Counted from the stretch's first letter, positions 21,001 to 31,400 are shown. The stretch: DNA of 64,000 bases from an uncultured Acidobacteriota bacterium (GCA_963804995.1 CAWDSK010000005.1:32001-96000), one strand, 5' to 3'. A program made the numbers and translations. The notes: generated from the letters alone by a model not told the origin.

Positions 21001-21375
21001 ATGCGAACCAAATCCAAGACCCTCACCGAACAAGAGCTGGAAATCATGAAGGTGGTCTGGGAGCTCCAGACCGCGACGGTGCGCGATGTTTATGAGGCCC
21101 TGCTGCGCCGGCGCAAGATCGCTTACACCACGGTCATGACCATGATGAACATCCTGGAAGAGAAGGGGTATTTGAAGAAGCGCGCTGACGACAAGGCTTT
21201 TGTCTACCGGCCTGCCCAAGCCAAGGGCAAGGTCATCAAGGCGATGGTGCAGGATTTTGTCAGCCGCGTCTTCAACGGCTCGGCGCAGCCTCTTCTGGTG
21301 CAGTTGGTCAAAGACCGGCAGCTTTCGGAGAAAGACCTGGAAGAAATCCGCCGCCAGATCAAGGAGATGAAATGA
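21001..21375 (+). CDS. BlaI/MecI/CopY family repressor
   Basis: LTEQELEIMKVVW...AYTTVMTMMNILEEKGYL. Confidence 0.95.
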   Translation: MRTKSKTLTEQELEIMKVVWELQTATVRDVYEALLRRRKIAYTTVMTMMNILEEKGYLKKRADDKAFVYRPAQAKGKVIKAMVQDFVSRVFNGSAQPLLVQLVKDRQLSEKDLEEIRRQIKEMK

Positions 21376-22973
21376 GCGCTCCGCTTTGGCTCCAGAACCT
21401 CTTTGCCTACTGCGTGCAAATTACGGGACTGGCTCTGGCCGGACTCCTGCTCCCGCGCCTGTTGCGGCTCCGGACGCCTCGGGTTCTGTATTTCTATTGG
21501 CAGGCGCTGCTCGCGGCGTGCTTGTTGCTGCCCCTTCTCGAATCCTGGAAGCGCCTTGAAACCGCGGGGGGCGGATTGACAACCAGCCGCCTGCGCTTTG
21601 AGGTGGCGCCGGCGGTGGCGCATTTGCCGGGGCTGGCGGTCGCCCCTCTGATTCTTATGGTCCTGATCGGGGGGATGTGCCTGCGTTTGGGGTGGCTGGC
21701 GCTAGGCTTGGCATCGCTTCGTCGCTTTCGCCAGACCGCCCGCCGCCTTGCACCCCTGCCTCAGGGCATCGAAGAGCTAGGGAGTCGCCTGGGCGTCGCG
21801 CCCGAGTTCTGCCTCAGCGAAAAAATCGAGGGCCCCGTGACCTTCGGCCTGCGGCGCCCGGTCATTCTGCTTCCGCCACGCTTCCTGGACCTGGATTCCG
21901 ATCGCCAGCAGGTCATCGCCAGTCACGAACTGCTGCACGTGGTGCGACGCGACTGGGCGATGAACCTGGTCGAGGAGATCGTGTTGGCCGCCTTCTGGTT
22001 CCACCCCGTGGTGTGGTGGCTGGTGGGCCAAATCCGGCTGAGCCGCGAGCAAGTGGTGGATCAGCAAGTCGTGGAACTGACGGGCGCCCGCAAGCCTTAC
22101 CTCTATGCGCTGGTGGAAATCGCCGCCGGGCCGGGCGCCGCGCGCGGCTTGGTCGCTCCCGCTTTCCTCGAGGAATCCCAGCTTGCCGAGCGCATTCGGT
22201 CCTTGATAAAGGAGGACTTCATATCCAAACGAAGAATTATCATCTCTCTGGTATGTGTAGCGGTGTTGACCGTGCTTGCCGGGCTCGCCCTCATCCGCAA
22301 GTTTCCTCTGAACCTGGGCAGTTCCGAGCCGGAGATCATCGACGCCATGTCATCTGTTAGTGGGGTGACCGCGCCAGTTGCAATCTATAACCCCGAACCT
22401 CCCGCCAATTCCGAGGTGCTGAGGCTGGCGGAAATACGGGCCTACATGAGCTACTGGGTCACCATTGGGGCAGACGGCGCGGTAAAAGATGTTACCGTCC
22501 AAAGGTCATTAGCCCCCGGAGTGGATCAGTACGTCGCGAACGTTATCAAAACCTGGAAATTCAAACCGGCCATGAAAAACGGCAAGCCCGTGGCGTGCAA
22601 GACCAACCTTGGGTTCATGTACACGCAAGCCTCGGCCCCGACGCTCAAGCCCGCCGCGACCCCCATGGAAAAGCCTACTTCTGAGGTCTTTAGTGTTGGC
22701 AATGGGGTGAGCGCCCCAGTGGCCATCTTTAAGCCCGAGCCTCCCTATACCGACGCGGCGAGGCGTGCCAAGCTCCAGGGTACGTCGGTGCTGTGGACCA
22801 TCATCGGTGCCGATGGCGCTGTGAAAGATGTGAGAATTGTAAAGTCACTCGACCCAGGACTCGATCAGAGCGCCGTGAACACAATCAAGACCTGGAAATT
22901 CAAGCCGGCCACAAAAGACGGCACGCCGGTGGCGTGCAAGGTGTCGGTCGAGGTCAGCTTCAAGTTGTTTTGA
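21372..22973 (+). CDS. BlaR1-like M56 peptidase fused to two TonB C-terminal domains
   Basis: HELLH zinc motif, FWFHPVVW, two repeats of IGADGAVKDV...WKFKPA.K.G.PV. Confidence 0.9.
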   Translation: MSAPLWLQNLFAYCVQITGLALAGLLLPRLLRLRTPRVLYFYWQALLAACLLLPLLESWKRLETAGGGLTTSRLRFEVAPAVAHLPGLAVAPLILMVLIGGMCLRLGWLALGLASLRRFRQTARRLAPLPQGIEELGSRLGVAPEFCLSEKIEGPVTFGLRRPVILLPPRFLDLDSDRQQVIASHELLHVVRRDWAMNLVEEIVLAAFWFHPVVWWLVGQIRLSREQVVDQQVVELTGARKPYLYALVEIAAGPGAARGLVAPAFLEESQLAERIRSLIKEDFISKRRIIISLVCVAVLTVLAGLALIRKFPLNLGSSEPEIIDAMSSVSGVTAPVAIYNPEPPANSEVLRLAEIRAYMSYWVTIGADGAVKDVTVQRSLAPGVDQYVANVIKTWKFKPAMKNGKPVACKTNLGFMYTQASAPTLKPAATPMEKPTSEVFSVGNGVSAPVAIFKPEPPYTDAARRAKLQGTSVLWTIIGADGAVKDVRIVKSLDPGLDQSAVNTIKTWKFKPATKDGTPVACKVSVEVSFKLF

Positions 22974-23442
22974 CCCGGGGAGAGGCAGCTTGACCGGGGC
23001 CGGCGCAGACCCCAAGGATGAAGGTGTGAAATGATCGAAAAACGGGAATTTCACTCTGGAATTTAAGGTCGTGGATTCTTGGTCTTTTTAGCAAACCTTT
23101 CTCTGTGTCCTCTGCGTCCAGAAGAGATTTAATACAGAGGTCACTGAGCTACGCTGTGCTACTATCCTAGAGATTCTTCGTGACGCGCGAAGATTTCGTG
23201 CCACGGGCAGGTCGGCCATGGCACGGCCTTGGTTGCGGCCCCGCCGCGTTGCGTACCCCAATGTAAACTCAGGTAGCGGCACGCCATCCCGATCATAACC
23301 ATCGGGGCAGGTGGCGTGCTCGTACCAGGATGTTTCACATCTTGCTCCTGAAGTTTGCGCTTGTTCGTGTGCCACGGGAGCGGATGTGGTGTGGCGAAGA
23401 AGCGCTCGGGTTCGGAATTTGAATAATTTGCAAACGAAAAGC

Positions 23443-23641
23443 CGCGGACCCCAAAACCGGGGGACCGCGCTACGCATAGTGCTAACGATATCGAGGGAGC
23501 AAACCTCGTAGCGCAGACCTCCGTTGTTGAGGTCTGCGGTTCTTCGTATGCCATGTGAGCGAATGTAGCCGTCCGTAGTTGGGGGTTTGCGGTTTTATCA
23601 CATGAAGAGCCGCGGAATCAAAATTCGGGGGACCGCGCTAC
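23443..23641. repeat. REP cluster (REP-B, REP-A, REP-B)
   Basis: CGCGGACCCCAAAACCGGGGGACCGCGCTAC at 23443, REP-A at 23508-23538, degenerate REP-B at 23611-23641. Confidence 0.9.
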
Positions 23642-23743
23642 GACGTTTGCTGGACCTGCGGCACGATAGCCGGCAGCGTCGTGCAGGCAGGGACACAACC
23701 AGAGCAGTTTTCAGATGGAGTGCGAGGGCGGCGAGACTTCAGC

Positions 23744-23917
23744 TTAACTGGTGCCAGTCAGACTCGTCGCGGCACTGGAGAACACGCTGCTGACGGCGCT
23801 GGTCACACCGTTCACCGAGACAATCAAGGCGAGGGCTATCAGGGCCACAAGCAGGGCATATTCTATTAAGTCCTGGCCGTCTTCTTCTTGCCAGAGCTGC
23901 CGCATAAGCTTCCGCAT
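23744..23917 (-). CDS. Flp family type IVb pilin (57 aa; absent from the ORF track)
   Basis: MRKLMRQLWQEEDG|QDLIEYALLVALIALALI...; prepilin G|xxxxEY motif; SD GGGAGG. Confidence 0.92.
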   Translation of the reverse strand: MRKLMRQLWQEEDGQDLIEYALLVALIALALIVSVNGVTSAVSSVFSSAATSLTGTS

Positions 23918-24138
23918 GAGTCTTTTCCTCCCTAACCTCTGAGTCTCGTTGTCGCGGTTGGACGATTCGCGATGTCACGAGCTGTTCGAGCCGCCAAAAT
24001 ACTTGCCCTCTCCCCTTTAGAGAGGGCCGTTACTCAGCGTGTGGCGCCGTAGGGGCTGGCGCGGCGAACGGTTCTCCAAAGCGGCCAGTCGTTGCGACGA
24101 TGTAACTTTACTTCTGGCCGGAATCACCCCAAGCAAGC

Positions 24139-24439
24139 ATAGAGCGGTCCCCCACTCTTGGGGTCCGCAATTCTTCATTTGAAAAATCCACCACCCGCCA
24201 AATGCACGCGACAATATGCCTACATAGTACACGAAGAACCGGAGAATCACAACGGGGGAGTGCGCTACGATGTTTGCTGCCTCGGCACCGTTAGTTACAA
24301 CCGTAATGTGGACATGCTTCGTAGCGCGGTCCCCCGGTTTTGGGGGCCGCGGTTCTTGGTTTGAAAGGCTGGTTCTTCGCCACCCACCATTCGCTCCGAT
24401 GACATACGAAGAGCCGCAGACCTCAACGGCGGAGGTCTG
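24139..24439. repeat. REP cluster upstream of RAYT; last REP-A interrupted by the intron
   Basis: REP-B at about 24139 and 24321-24351; reverse REP-A ...GGAGGTCTG ends at 24439 and resumes as CGCTAC at 26353. Confidence 0.9.
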
Positions 24440-26352
24440 GTGCGCCGGGATAAACCGGCAGAAAGCAGAGAATGAAAATTTCTCACGAGGAAGGAGTAGC
24501 GATCCACTCGGCCCCGAGTTTTGCGCTGGGCGTCGTGAGGCGCACGGTGAAGCGTAAACAGGGGAATAGGTGGGCTGGGTATTGAGCTTCGAAAATGTCC
24601 AATCAGGACGCCGACGTTTTCAGACTAAACGGAAGGCAACATGAGGCCGGGACGCCAACGCGAGTTCCGGCACAGTCCTGCGTAGTCGTAGACCCCAGAC
24701 ACGCCTAGACACTTTCTGCACGAGAACCGGGAGACCTCGGAGGCGCCGGCCGCCGTAGATCGTGGCCGGACGGCGGGAAAAGGCGATGGCCGTACAGCCC
24801 GCCTGCACGCTTTCGAGGAGTCGGACAGCGGAACAGTACCGATGAATCATTTGAACAAAGACGGGAAGCCGTTGGCGGAGAATGAGGAGGGAAGGCCGCT
24901 GATCAAGGAGAACACCCGTTGGCCTAACACGCACCCGACACAGAGCGGGGCACGCGTGTCCCAGGGACTCGCGGGTGTGCGGAAAGCCGCGAAGGAACAC
25001 AGGGAGATGAAGTTCACGGCCTTGCTCCACCACTTAACGGTCGATCTGCTGCGGGAAAGCTTTTACGCCTTGAAGCGAAAAGCTGCACCGGGAGTAGACG
25101 GCATGACGTGGCAGGAGTATGAAAGCGGGCTGGAAGGTCGACTCGTCGATCTGCACAGCCGGGTCCACCGCGGAGCATTCCGAGCGAAGCCCTCGCGAAG
25201 GGCGTATATCCCGAAAGGCGACGGGCGGCAACGTCCGTTGGGGGTTGCGGCACTGGAGGACAAGATCGTCCAACAGGCCGTGGTCACCATCCTCAAGGCG
25301 ATTTACGAGGAAGACTTTCTGGGCTTCTCGTATGGCTTTCGACCGGGATGCAGCCAGCATCAAGCGCTGGACGCGCTCTCGTACGCGCTCACGGTGAAGC
25401 ACGTGAACTACGTTCTTGACGCGGACATTCGTGGATTTTTCGATTCGATATCCCACGAATGGATGCTCAAGTTCGTGCAGCATCGCGTCGCCGACCCCCG
25501 GATTCTCCGGCTCATCCAGAAATGGCTGAAAGCCGGGGTGAGGGAGGAAGGCGAATGGTCGGAGACGGAGATGGGTACGCCACAAGGGGCGGTGGTCTCG
25601 CCCCTGCTGGCGAATATCTATCTGCACTACGTCTTTGACCTGTGGGTGCAGGCGTGGCGCAAGAAGCACGCCCGGGGAGACGTGGTCGTGGTGCGGTATG
25701 CCGACGATACGGTCCTTGGATTCCAATCGCAGACGGAAGCCGACCGCTTTCTGGAGGATTTCCGGGAGCGGGTGGGGAAGTTTGGATTGGAACTGCATCC
25801 TGACAAAACGCGCCGGATCGAGTTCGGGCCGTTTGCCGAACTTTACCGGAAACGGAGAGGAGAAGGTAAGCCGGAGACGTTCGACTTTCTGGGCTTCACG
25901 CATATCAGCGGGAAGAACCGGAGGGGGCAATTTACCGTGAAGCGGAAGACGATCAGCAAGCGCCTGCGGGGGAAGTTGCAGGAACTCAAGCAACAACTCC
26001 GGCAGCGTCGGCACGATCCCATCGCGGATACGGGTAAATGGCTCCGGTCGGTCGTGCAAGGCTACTTCAACTATCACGCGGTACCGGGAAACCTCGACCG
26101 CCTGCGAATCTTTCGGGAACGGTTGACCCGACTGTGGCGAACACAACTGCGTCAACGCAGTCAACGCCACCGCCTCAACTGGGACCGACTGGGGAAGCTT
26201 GCGGCCTGCTGGTTGCCTGCTCCGCACGTTGTGCATCCTTGGCCATCCCAACGGTTCGCCGCCACACATCCGAGATAAGAGCCGTATGCGCTAACCAGCG
26301 CACGTACGGATCCGTGCGGGGGGTACCGGGTAACCGGTATCCCTACCGCAAC
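24440..26352 (+). mobile_element. Group II intron, full length
   Basis: 5' GTGCG at 24440; domain V GAGCCGTATGCG...CGCACGTACGGATC and domain VI ending ...CCCTACCGCAAC at 26352; RT ORF inside; removing it restores an intact REP. Confidence 0.95.
24842..26278 (+). CDS. ltrA: Group II intron reverse transcriptase/maturase, no C-terminal endonuclease
   Basis: APGVDG, RPLGV, SYGFRPG, GTPQG, RYADD, FDFLGFTH, domain X GYFNYHAVP; start codon uncertain. Confidence 0.95.
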   Translation: MNHLNKDGKPLAENEEGRPLIKENTRWPNTHPTQSGARVSQGLAGVRKAAKEHREMKFTALLHHLTVDLLRESFYALKRKAAPGVDGMTWQEYESGLEGRLVDLHSRVHRGAFRAKPSRRAYIPKGDGRQRPLGVAALEDKIVQQAVVTILKAIYEEDFLGFSYGFRPGCSQHQALDALSYALTVKHVNYVLDADIRGFFDSISHEWMLKFVQHRVADPRILRLIQKWLKAGVREEGEWSETEMGTPQGAVVSPLLANIYLHYVFDLWVQAWRKKHARGDVVVVRYADDTVLGFQSQTEADRFLEDFRERVGKFGLELHPDKTRRIEFGPFAELYRKRRGEGKPETFDFLGFTHISGKNRRGQFTVKRKTISKRLRGKLQELKQQLRQRRHDPIADTGKWLRSVVQGYFNYHAVPGNLDRLRIFRERLTRLWRTQLRQRSQRHRLNWDRLGKLAACWLPAPHVVHPWPSQRFAATHPR

Positions 26353-26400
26353 CGCTACGGTTCACTGGTGATACCTCCGCCACTGTTGTATTCTGGCCGC

Positions 26401-26922
26401 GTGTCACGGCTACGTCGGCTTTTTCTTTCTGATCGGTTCTTCTTCATCACGGTGCGCCTACTGGAGCGCCGCCGCAAATTAGATGATGCCGATTTCGAGC
26501 GTCTGGCACTGGCCATCTCCAGGAGCCGGAAGTCTCATCCCTTCTTCCTAACGGCCTGGGTGTTTCTTCCCAATCACTGGCATGCGATCTGTGCCCTACA
26601 ACATCCGGTGACTATTATTGAAGTCATGAAATCCATCAAAGTCAGCTCGACGACACTCATCAACGAGGGCCGCTCCCGGTCAGGTGGATTGTGGGTGGGC
26701 CGTTATTTTGACCGTGCCCTGCGAACTGTGAAGGAATACCACGAGAAGGTGGACTACATTCACAGGAATCCGGTAAAGGCAGGATTGGTCGGTCGGGCCG
26801 AGGAGTGGCGATGGTCCAGCGCGATCGAGTATTCCGGTGTGAGTGCGGCGGAACAAATGCTCCGCTGCGGGTTGACCATTGATCGGGTGAATCTCCCCTC
26901 GGATTTGAAAACGAGAATCTAG
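26401..26922 (+). CDS. REP-associated tyrosine transposase (RAYT, HUH Y1/IS200-like)
   Basis: FFFITV, AWVFLPNHWH (HUH), YIHRNPVKAGLV (catalytic Tyr), WRWSS; GTG start; flanked by GTAG REPs. Confidence 0.92.
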   Translation: MSRLRRLFLSDRFFFITVRLLERRRKLDDADFERLALAISRSRKSHPFFLTAWVFLPNHWHAICALQHPVTIIEVMKSIKVSSTTLINEGRSRSGGLWVGRYFDRALRTVKEYHEKVDYIHRNPVKAGLVGRAEEWRWSSAIEYSGVSAAEQMLRCGLTIDRVNLPSDLKTRI

Positions 26923-26923
26923 C

Positions 26924-27551
26924 GTAGCGGCGTCCCCCTTATTGGGTCCGCGGTTCTTGGTTTGCAAAATTCGCAAAACCTCAACATACGGGTGGCTACG
27001 TTCGCTCAGAGGGAAGACGAAGAACCGCAGACCTCAACGGCGGAGGTCTGCGCTACGAGGTTTGCTCCCTCGGTATCGTTAGCATGAGGCGTAGCGCGGT
27101 CCCCCGGTTTTGGGGTCCGCGGTTCTTCATTTGCAAAATCCGCAAACCCCAACATGCGGGTGGCTGCATTCGCTCCGATGGCACACGAAGAGCCGCAGAC
27201 CTCAACGGCGGAGGTCTGCGCTACGAGGTTTGCAGCCTCTGCATCGTTAGCATGAAGCGTAGCGCGGTCCCCCGCTTTTGGGGTCCGCGGTTCTTGGTTT
27301 GAAAGGCTGGTTCTTCGCCACCCACCATTCGCTCCGATGACATACGAAGAGCCGCAGACCTCAACGGCGGAGGTCTGCGCTACGAGGTTTGCTCCCTCGG
27401 TATCGTTAGCATGAGGCGTAGCGCGGTCCCCCGCTTTTGGGGTCCGCAATTCTTCATTTGCAAAATCCGCAAACCCCAACATACGGGTGGCTGCATTCGC
27501 TCCGATGGCACATGAAGAGCCGCAGACCTCAACGGCGGAGGTCTGCGCTAC
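26924..27551. repeat. Tandem REPIN/BIME-like array of alternating REP-B and inverted REP-A (~160-170 bp unit, 4 units)
   Basis: REP-B GTAG starts at 26924 (degenerate), 27091, 27259, 27418; each followed by reverse REP-A ending GCGCTAC. Confidence 0.93.
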
Positions 27552-27557
27552 GGTTGC

Positions 27558-28220
27558 TTAATGCTTGGGGGCGGGGGAGACCCAGACTCTTCGCGCGGCG
27601 GATTCGCCCAGGTGGGTTGGCTTGTCGCCTATACGCAGGCTAATGGTCCCATCGTAATTGCGGCTCAGGACTTTCAGTTGCACGCCCGGCCGGATGCCCA
27701 GCCGATCGAAGTACTCCAAAAGCTCGCGATCACGCTCGTGCATGCTATCCACTTTGACGGGCGCGCCCGGGGGCGCTTCCCACAATTGTTGCAAGCCCAG
27801 GCGGCGGCGCTCACTGGCGCTCTTGTTGATTTGATTGCCGTGCGGGCAGGAGCCACCGGGGCCGAGTTTGTCGATCAGTCTTTGCTCTACGTCCGCGGAA
27901 ATAGCGTGCTCCAGGCGCTCCGCCTCGTCGTGGACCTTATACCACTCCATCCCCAGCAGTTCGTGGAGCATGCGCTCCACCAGGTGATGGCGCAGTTGCA
28001 GTTTTTCAGAGATGCTGCGCCCCGCCGCGGTCAGAGAGATGCGGCCTTTCTGATCAACTTTCACCAGATTATCGCGGCGCAGCCGGCGCAACGCCAGCGC
28101 CACCGCCGGAGCGCTTACCTCCAGCCAGCGGGCAATAGTGGCCGCAATGACGGCGCCCTCTTCGGCGTCAGCCTCCGCAATGGCCTTCAGGTAATCCTCT
28201 TTTGAAATCGTGAGCTTCAC
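27558..28220 (-). CDS. DtxR/MntR family metal-dependent regulator with FeoA-like C-terminal domain
   Basis: SKEDYLKAI, RHHLVERML, EAERLEHAIS, CPHGNQI. Confidence 0.93.
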   Translation of the reverse strand: MKLTISKEDYLKAIAEADAEEGAVIAATIARWLEVSAPAVALALRRLRRDNLVKVDQKGRISLTAAGRSISEKLQLRHHLVERMLHELLGMEWYKVHDEAERLEHAISADVEQRLIDKLGPGGSCPHGNQINKSASERRRLGLQQLWEAPPGAPVKVDSMHERDRELLEYFDRLGIRPGVQLKVLSRNYDGTISLRIGDKPTHLGESAARRVWVSPAPKH

Positions 28221-28326
28221 GGCGCCTGCCCCCTTCGGTTTCTCGAAGCCTGCAACTTTTCCATCATGCCAGCGCCGGGACTTTCACGCAACAGCCAATA
28301 CGTTAAGATAAGGGATCACAAAGTTC

Positions 28327-28366
28327 TTGACATGCGGCAACGTCTATAGTTAACTATGGTTAATTA
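28327..28366 (+). promoter_or_regulatory. Promoter/operator between the regulator and the TonB-dependent receptor
   Basis: TTGACA at 28327 and near-perfect palindrome CTATAGTTAACTATGG at 28344-28359. Confidence 0.5.
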
Positions 28367-28451
28367 GAAACAGGAAGCATAGATAAATACGCGCGGCGGC
28401 CGTCCGCGGTTTAAGGGTTCGACGGGGCCGGCGGGCGTGGGAGCGGATGGA

Positions 28452-31400
28452 ATGATGGCCCGGATAGTGGTTCTCAGCCTTTTGATCATGAGCGTACAGG
28501 GTCTCTGCCCTTCGGTGAGCCGGGCGCAGGGGGAAACCACCAGCGCCATTGTCGGCCAAGTGACTGACGCTACCAACTCGTTCATTCCCGCTGCCACGGT
28601 GACGGTTACCAATCTCGAGACTGGTTTCGAGCGGCGCGCCCAGACGGACGGTGACGGCCGATTCAACTTTCCCCAACTCAAGCCCGGCTCCTACTCCGTC
28701 AAAGTTGAGGCGAAGGGGTTCGAACCCCAGCAAGTTGGCCCGGTGCTGGCGGGTTTGGGCCAGAAGCAGACCGTCACCTGTGTTCTTCAAGTGGCGCGGG
28801 CGCAACTGACGGTGGAAGTAAGCGCGGCCGCGGCCCTGATCAACCCGGAAAACGCCAATACCTCGACAACACTCAATGCCCCGGCGCTCGAAGACCTCCC
28901 CAATCCGGGTGGGGATTTGACCTACCCTTTGCAGTTTGCCACCGGCGCCCTGATCAACACGGCGGGCAGCGGCAATGATTTCGTGGGAGGGACGAACGGG
29001 TACGGCAACGTGGAATTCAACGGGCTGCCGGCGCTATCCAACGGTTACATCGTGGACGGCCTCGAAACCAACGATCCGCTCACCAACCTCAACAGCGGTC
29101 TTTCCACAAACCTGGTTCTGGGGCTCAATTCCATTTCGGAGGTTACGGTCAATACGCTTTCCTACGCCGTTGACGAAGGGCGCTATGGAGCGGCCCAGGT
29201 CAACTACGTGACCAAATCCGGCACCAACCACTTCCACGGTAATCTCTATGAGCTGTGGAATGGTTCCAAGCTCAACGCCGCCGATTTTTTCACCAACGCC
29301 ACGCCCGGAAATCACAAGCCCCGCTCGACGGTAAACCACTTCGGGGGCAGCCTGGGTGGGCCGATCGTGCGCGACAAGCTCTTTTTCTTCTTCGACAGCG
29401 AATGGGTTCGGATCGCGCTGCCCATCGTCACGCCCACGACCGTCCCCACGCAGGCCTTCCAACAATACGTTTTGCAACAACTCCCGCTGGGTGGCACTGA
29501 TGCCGTAACCGGATCAAGTTACCCGGGCGCTCCGCAACTGGTACCGTTTTATCAAAAGATGTTTTCCCTGTATGGAAATACCCGGGGCACGCCGCTCGCC
29601 GTCCTGGGATGTCCGTTTAATGCCGATGGCAGCCAGGCGCCGGGGAGTCCGGCGAACGGAAATGGTTGCGCCAACCGGCAAAGTGTTTCGCACTCCAGCG
29701 ACGACCACGAGCAGGTGCAGACGGTGCGCATCGACTACAACCGCAGCGAGCGGAATACGGCGTGGTTCCGTTTTCAGGCGGACACGGGTGTGCAAGCTGC
29801 CTACACCGACCCCATCAATCCCTTGTTTGACGCGTTCTCGCCCCAGCCGCTCTATTCCTTTGCCGCCGGGCATACCCACGTCTTTTCCCAGAATTTGGTG
29901 AACTACTTCAATCCCGCGTTTTCCTGGTACGGGAGTTTGTTCGCGCCCAGCGATTACGCAAAGACACTGGCGGCCTTTCCCATTGTCCTCCAAGGGATGG
30001 GCGCCAATGCCCCTTTCACCACGCTGGGAGGGCTTGACAATACCTGGCTCCAAGGCCGGCGCGCCTCCCGCTTCTTTATTAATGACAATCTCGCCTGGAG
30101 TCATGGGGCGCACGAATTCAGGTTCGGCACCAATACCCGGATTTTTCGCATGAATGATTACGATTTCGGCCAAGGTACGGTGCCTACGGTTGCTTACACC
30201 ACGCTGCCGCAATTCATCTACGGGGTGGCGTCCACCGCTACGGAAACTTTTCCCCTCGCGGCGAACCAGCCCTTCAACTTTCTTAACCTCGATTTGTATG
30301 CACAGGATACGTGGAAGGTGACTTCCCATTTCACCTGGACGTTCGGCATTCGCGACACGCTGAATACCAATCCCCTGAACCCGCATCGGAATATTGCGCG
30401 CCTGCGCGGATCGTTCCCAGCCATTCCCCATGATGTCAATCAACCCCTCGACGCCGCGATCGAAACTCATCTCGATCACCTGTTCGTTTCCACGCCGCTG
30501 GCAGTTCTGCAACCGCGCACCGCCATCGCGTGGCAGTTTGCACCGCATTCCGTGCTGCGCAGCGGTTTCGGGGTCTTCAGCGATATTTTGCCGGGCAGCG
30601 TGGCCGACAGCCTGGGCATGAATCCGCCCTATGTGCGGACCTTCCAGGGAGGATTGCTCGGAACCGTGGGCGGGAGGGGCATTGGGCCAGGTGTGCCGGG
30701 AAGCGCGGTTGACGCGACCGTGGCCGCAAACCAGTCCTTCAACTCTGGATTCGCGGGCGGCGAGCTTTCCTGCGCGTCTCCGCAGGCCAATCCTGGGACG
30801 TGCCTGGAGCCTGTGGCGATCAGCGCCGCCCCCGACGGCGAACTGCGCGCCCCGTACTTCCTGGAGTGGAGCTTCGGGATCGAGCACCAGTTGGGAAGCA
30901 CCGCCAGCCTGCACGCCCAATACGTGGGCACGCGCGCCATAAACCAGCCTTACTTCACGCAAGTGAACGGATATCAAACCGTCTGCCCGGGATGCTTCGC
31001 GCCCTTTCCCTACTTGCAACCTCAAGATCCGAGGTTCGGAGCGGTGACGCAGCTTTCTACGGGCGCGAACAGTCACTATCACGGACTACAACTGACCGGA
31101 ATGAAGCGCCTGGGACACGGCTTGCAGGGGCAAGTCAACTACACGCTCAGCCGCTGCGTGGACGAAGTTTCGAACGGCGGATTCCTGCAATTTTCCGCGG
31201 GTGGAATCCTCTCCCCCCTGCCGGGAGAGCTGGCGCGTGACCGTGGTCCTTGCGATTACGACATCCGGCACAACCTCAACGCACAGTACGTCTATAAACT
31301 GCCGATTAAAGTGAGAAGCCACCGCCTGGGCTATGCATTGAACGGCTGGCAGGTGTCGGGCACGGCGTTTTGGCATAGCGGGATTCCCTTTTCCGTCGTG

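Noticed and set aside
23920..24130. c-di-GMP riboswitch upstream of the Flp pilin
   Set aside because: Could not find class I or class II consensus elements by eye; the visible hairpin resembles a CCCTCTCCC/GAGAGGG repeat. An Rfam scan would settle it.
24842..26278. Retron, DGR or defence-associated RT
   Set aside because: Clear group II intron boundaries, domains V/VI and maturase domain X are present; no TR/VR pair or msr-msd seen.
26038..26400. N-terminal extension of RAYT (294-aa ORF) as an RT-RAYT fusion
   Set aside because: The extension overlaps the RT C-terminus in another frame and intron domains V/VI; RAYT similarity starts at GTG 26401.
27006..27482. 158-aa repetitive ORF (and similar ORFs at 23088-23554 and 24270-24557)
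   Set aside because: Translations of REP repeats with no independent coding evidence.
26924..27551. CRISPR array
   Set aside because: Inter-repeat segments are themselves repeated, two repeat types alternate in opposite orientation, there are no cas genes, and a RAYT is adjacent: a REP/BIME array.
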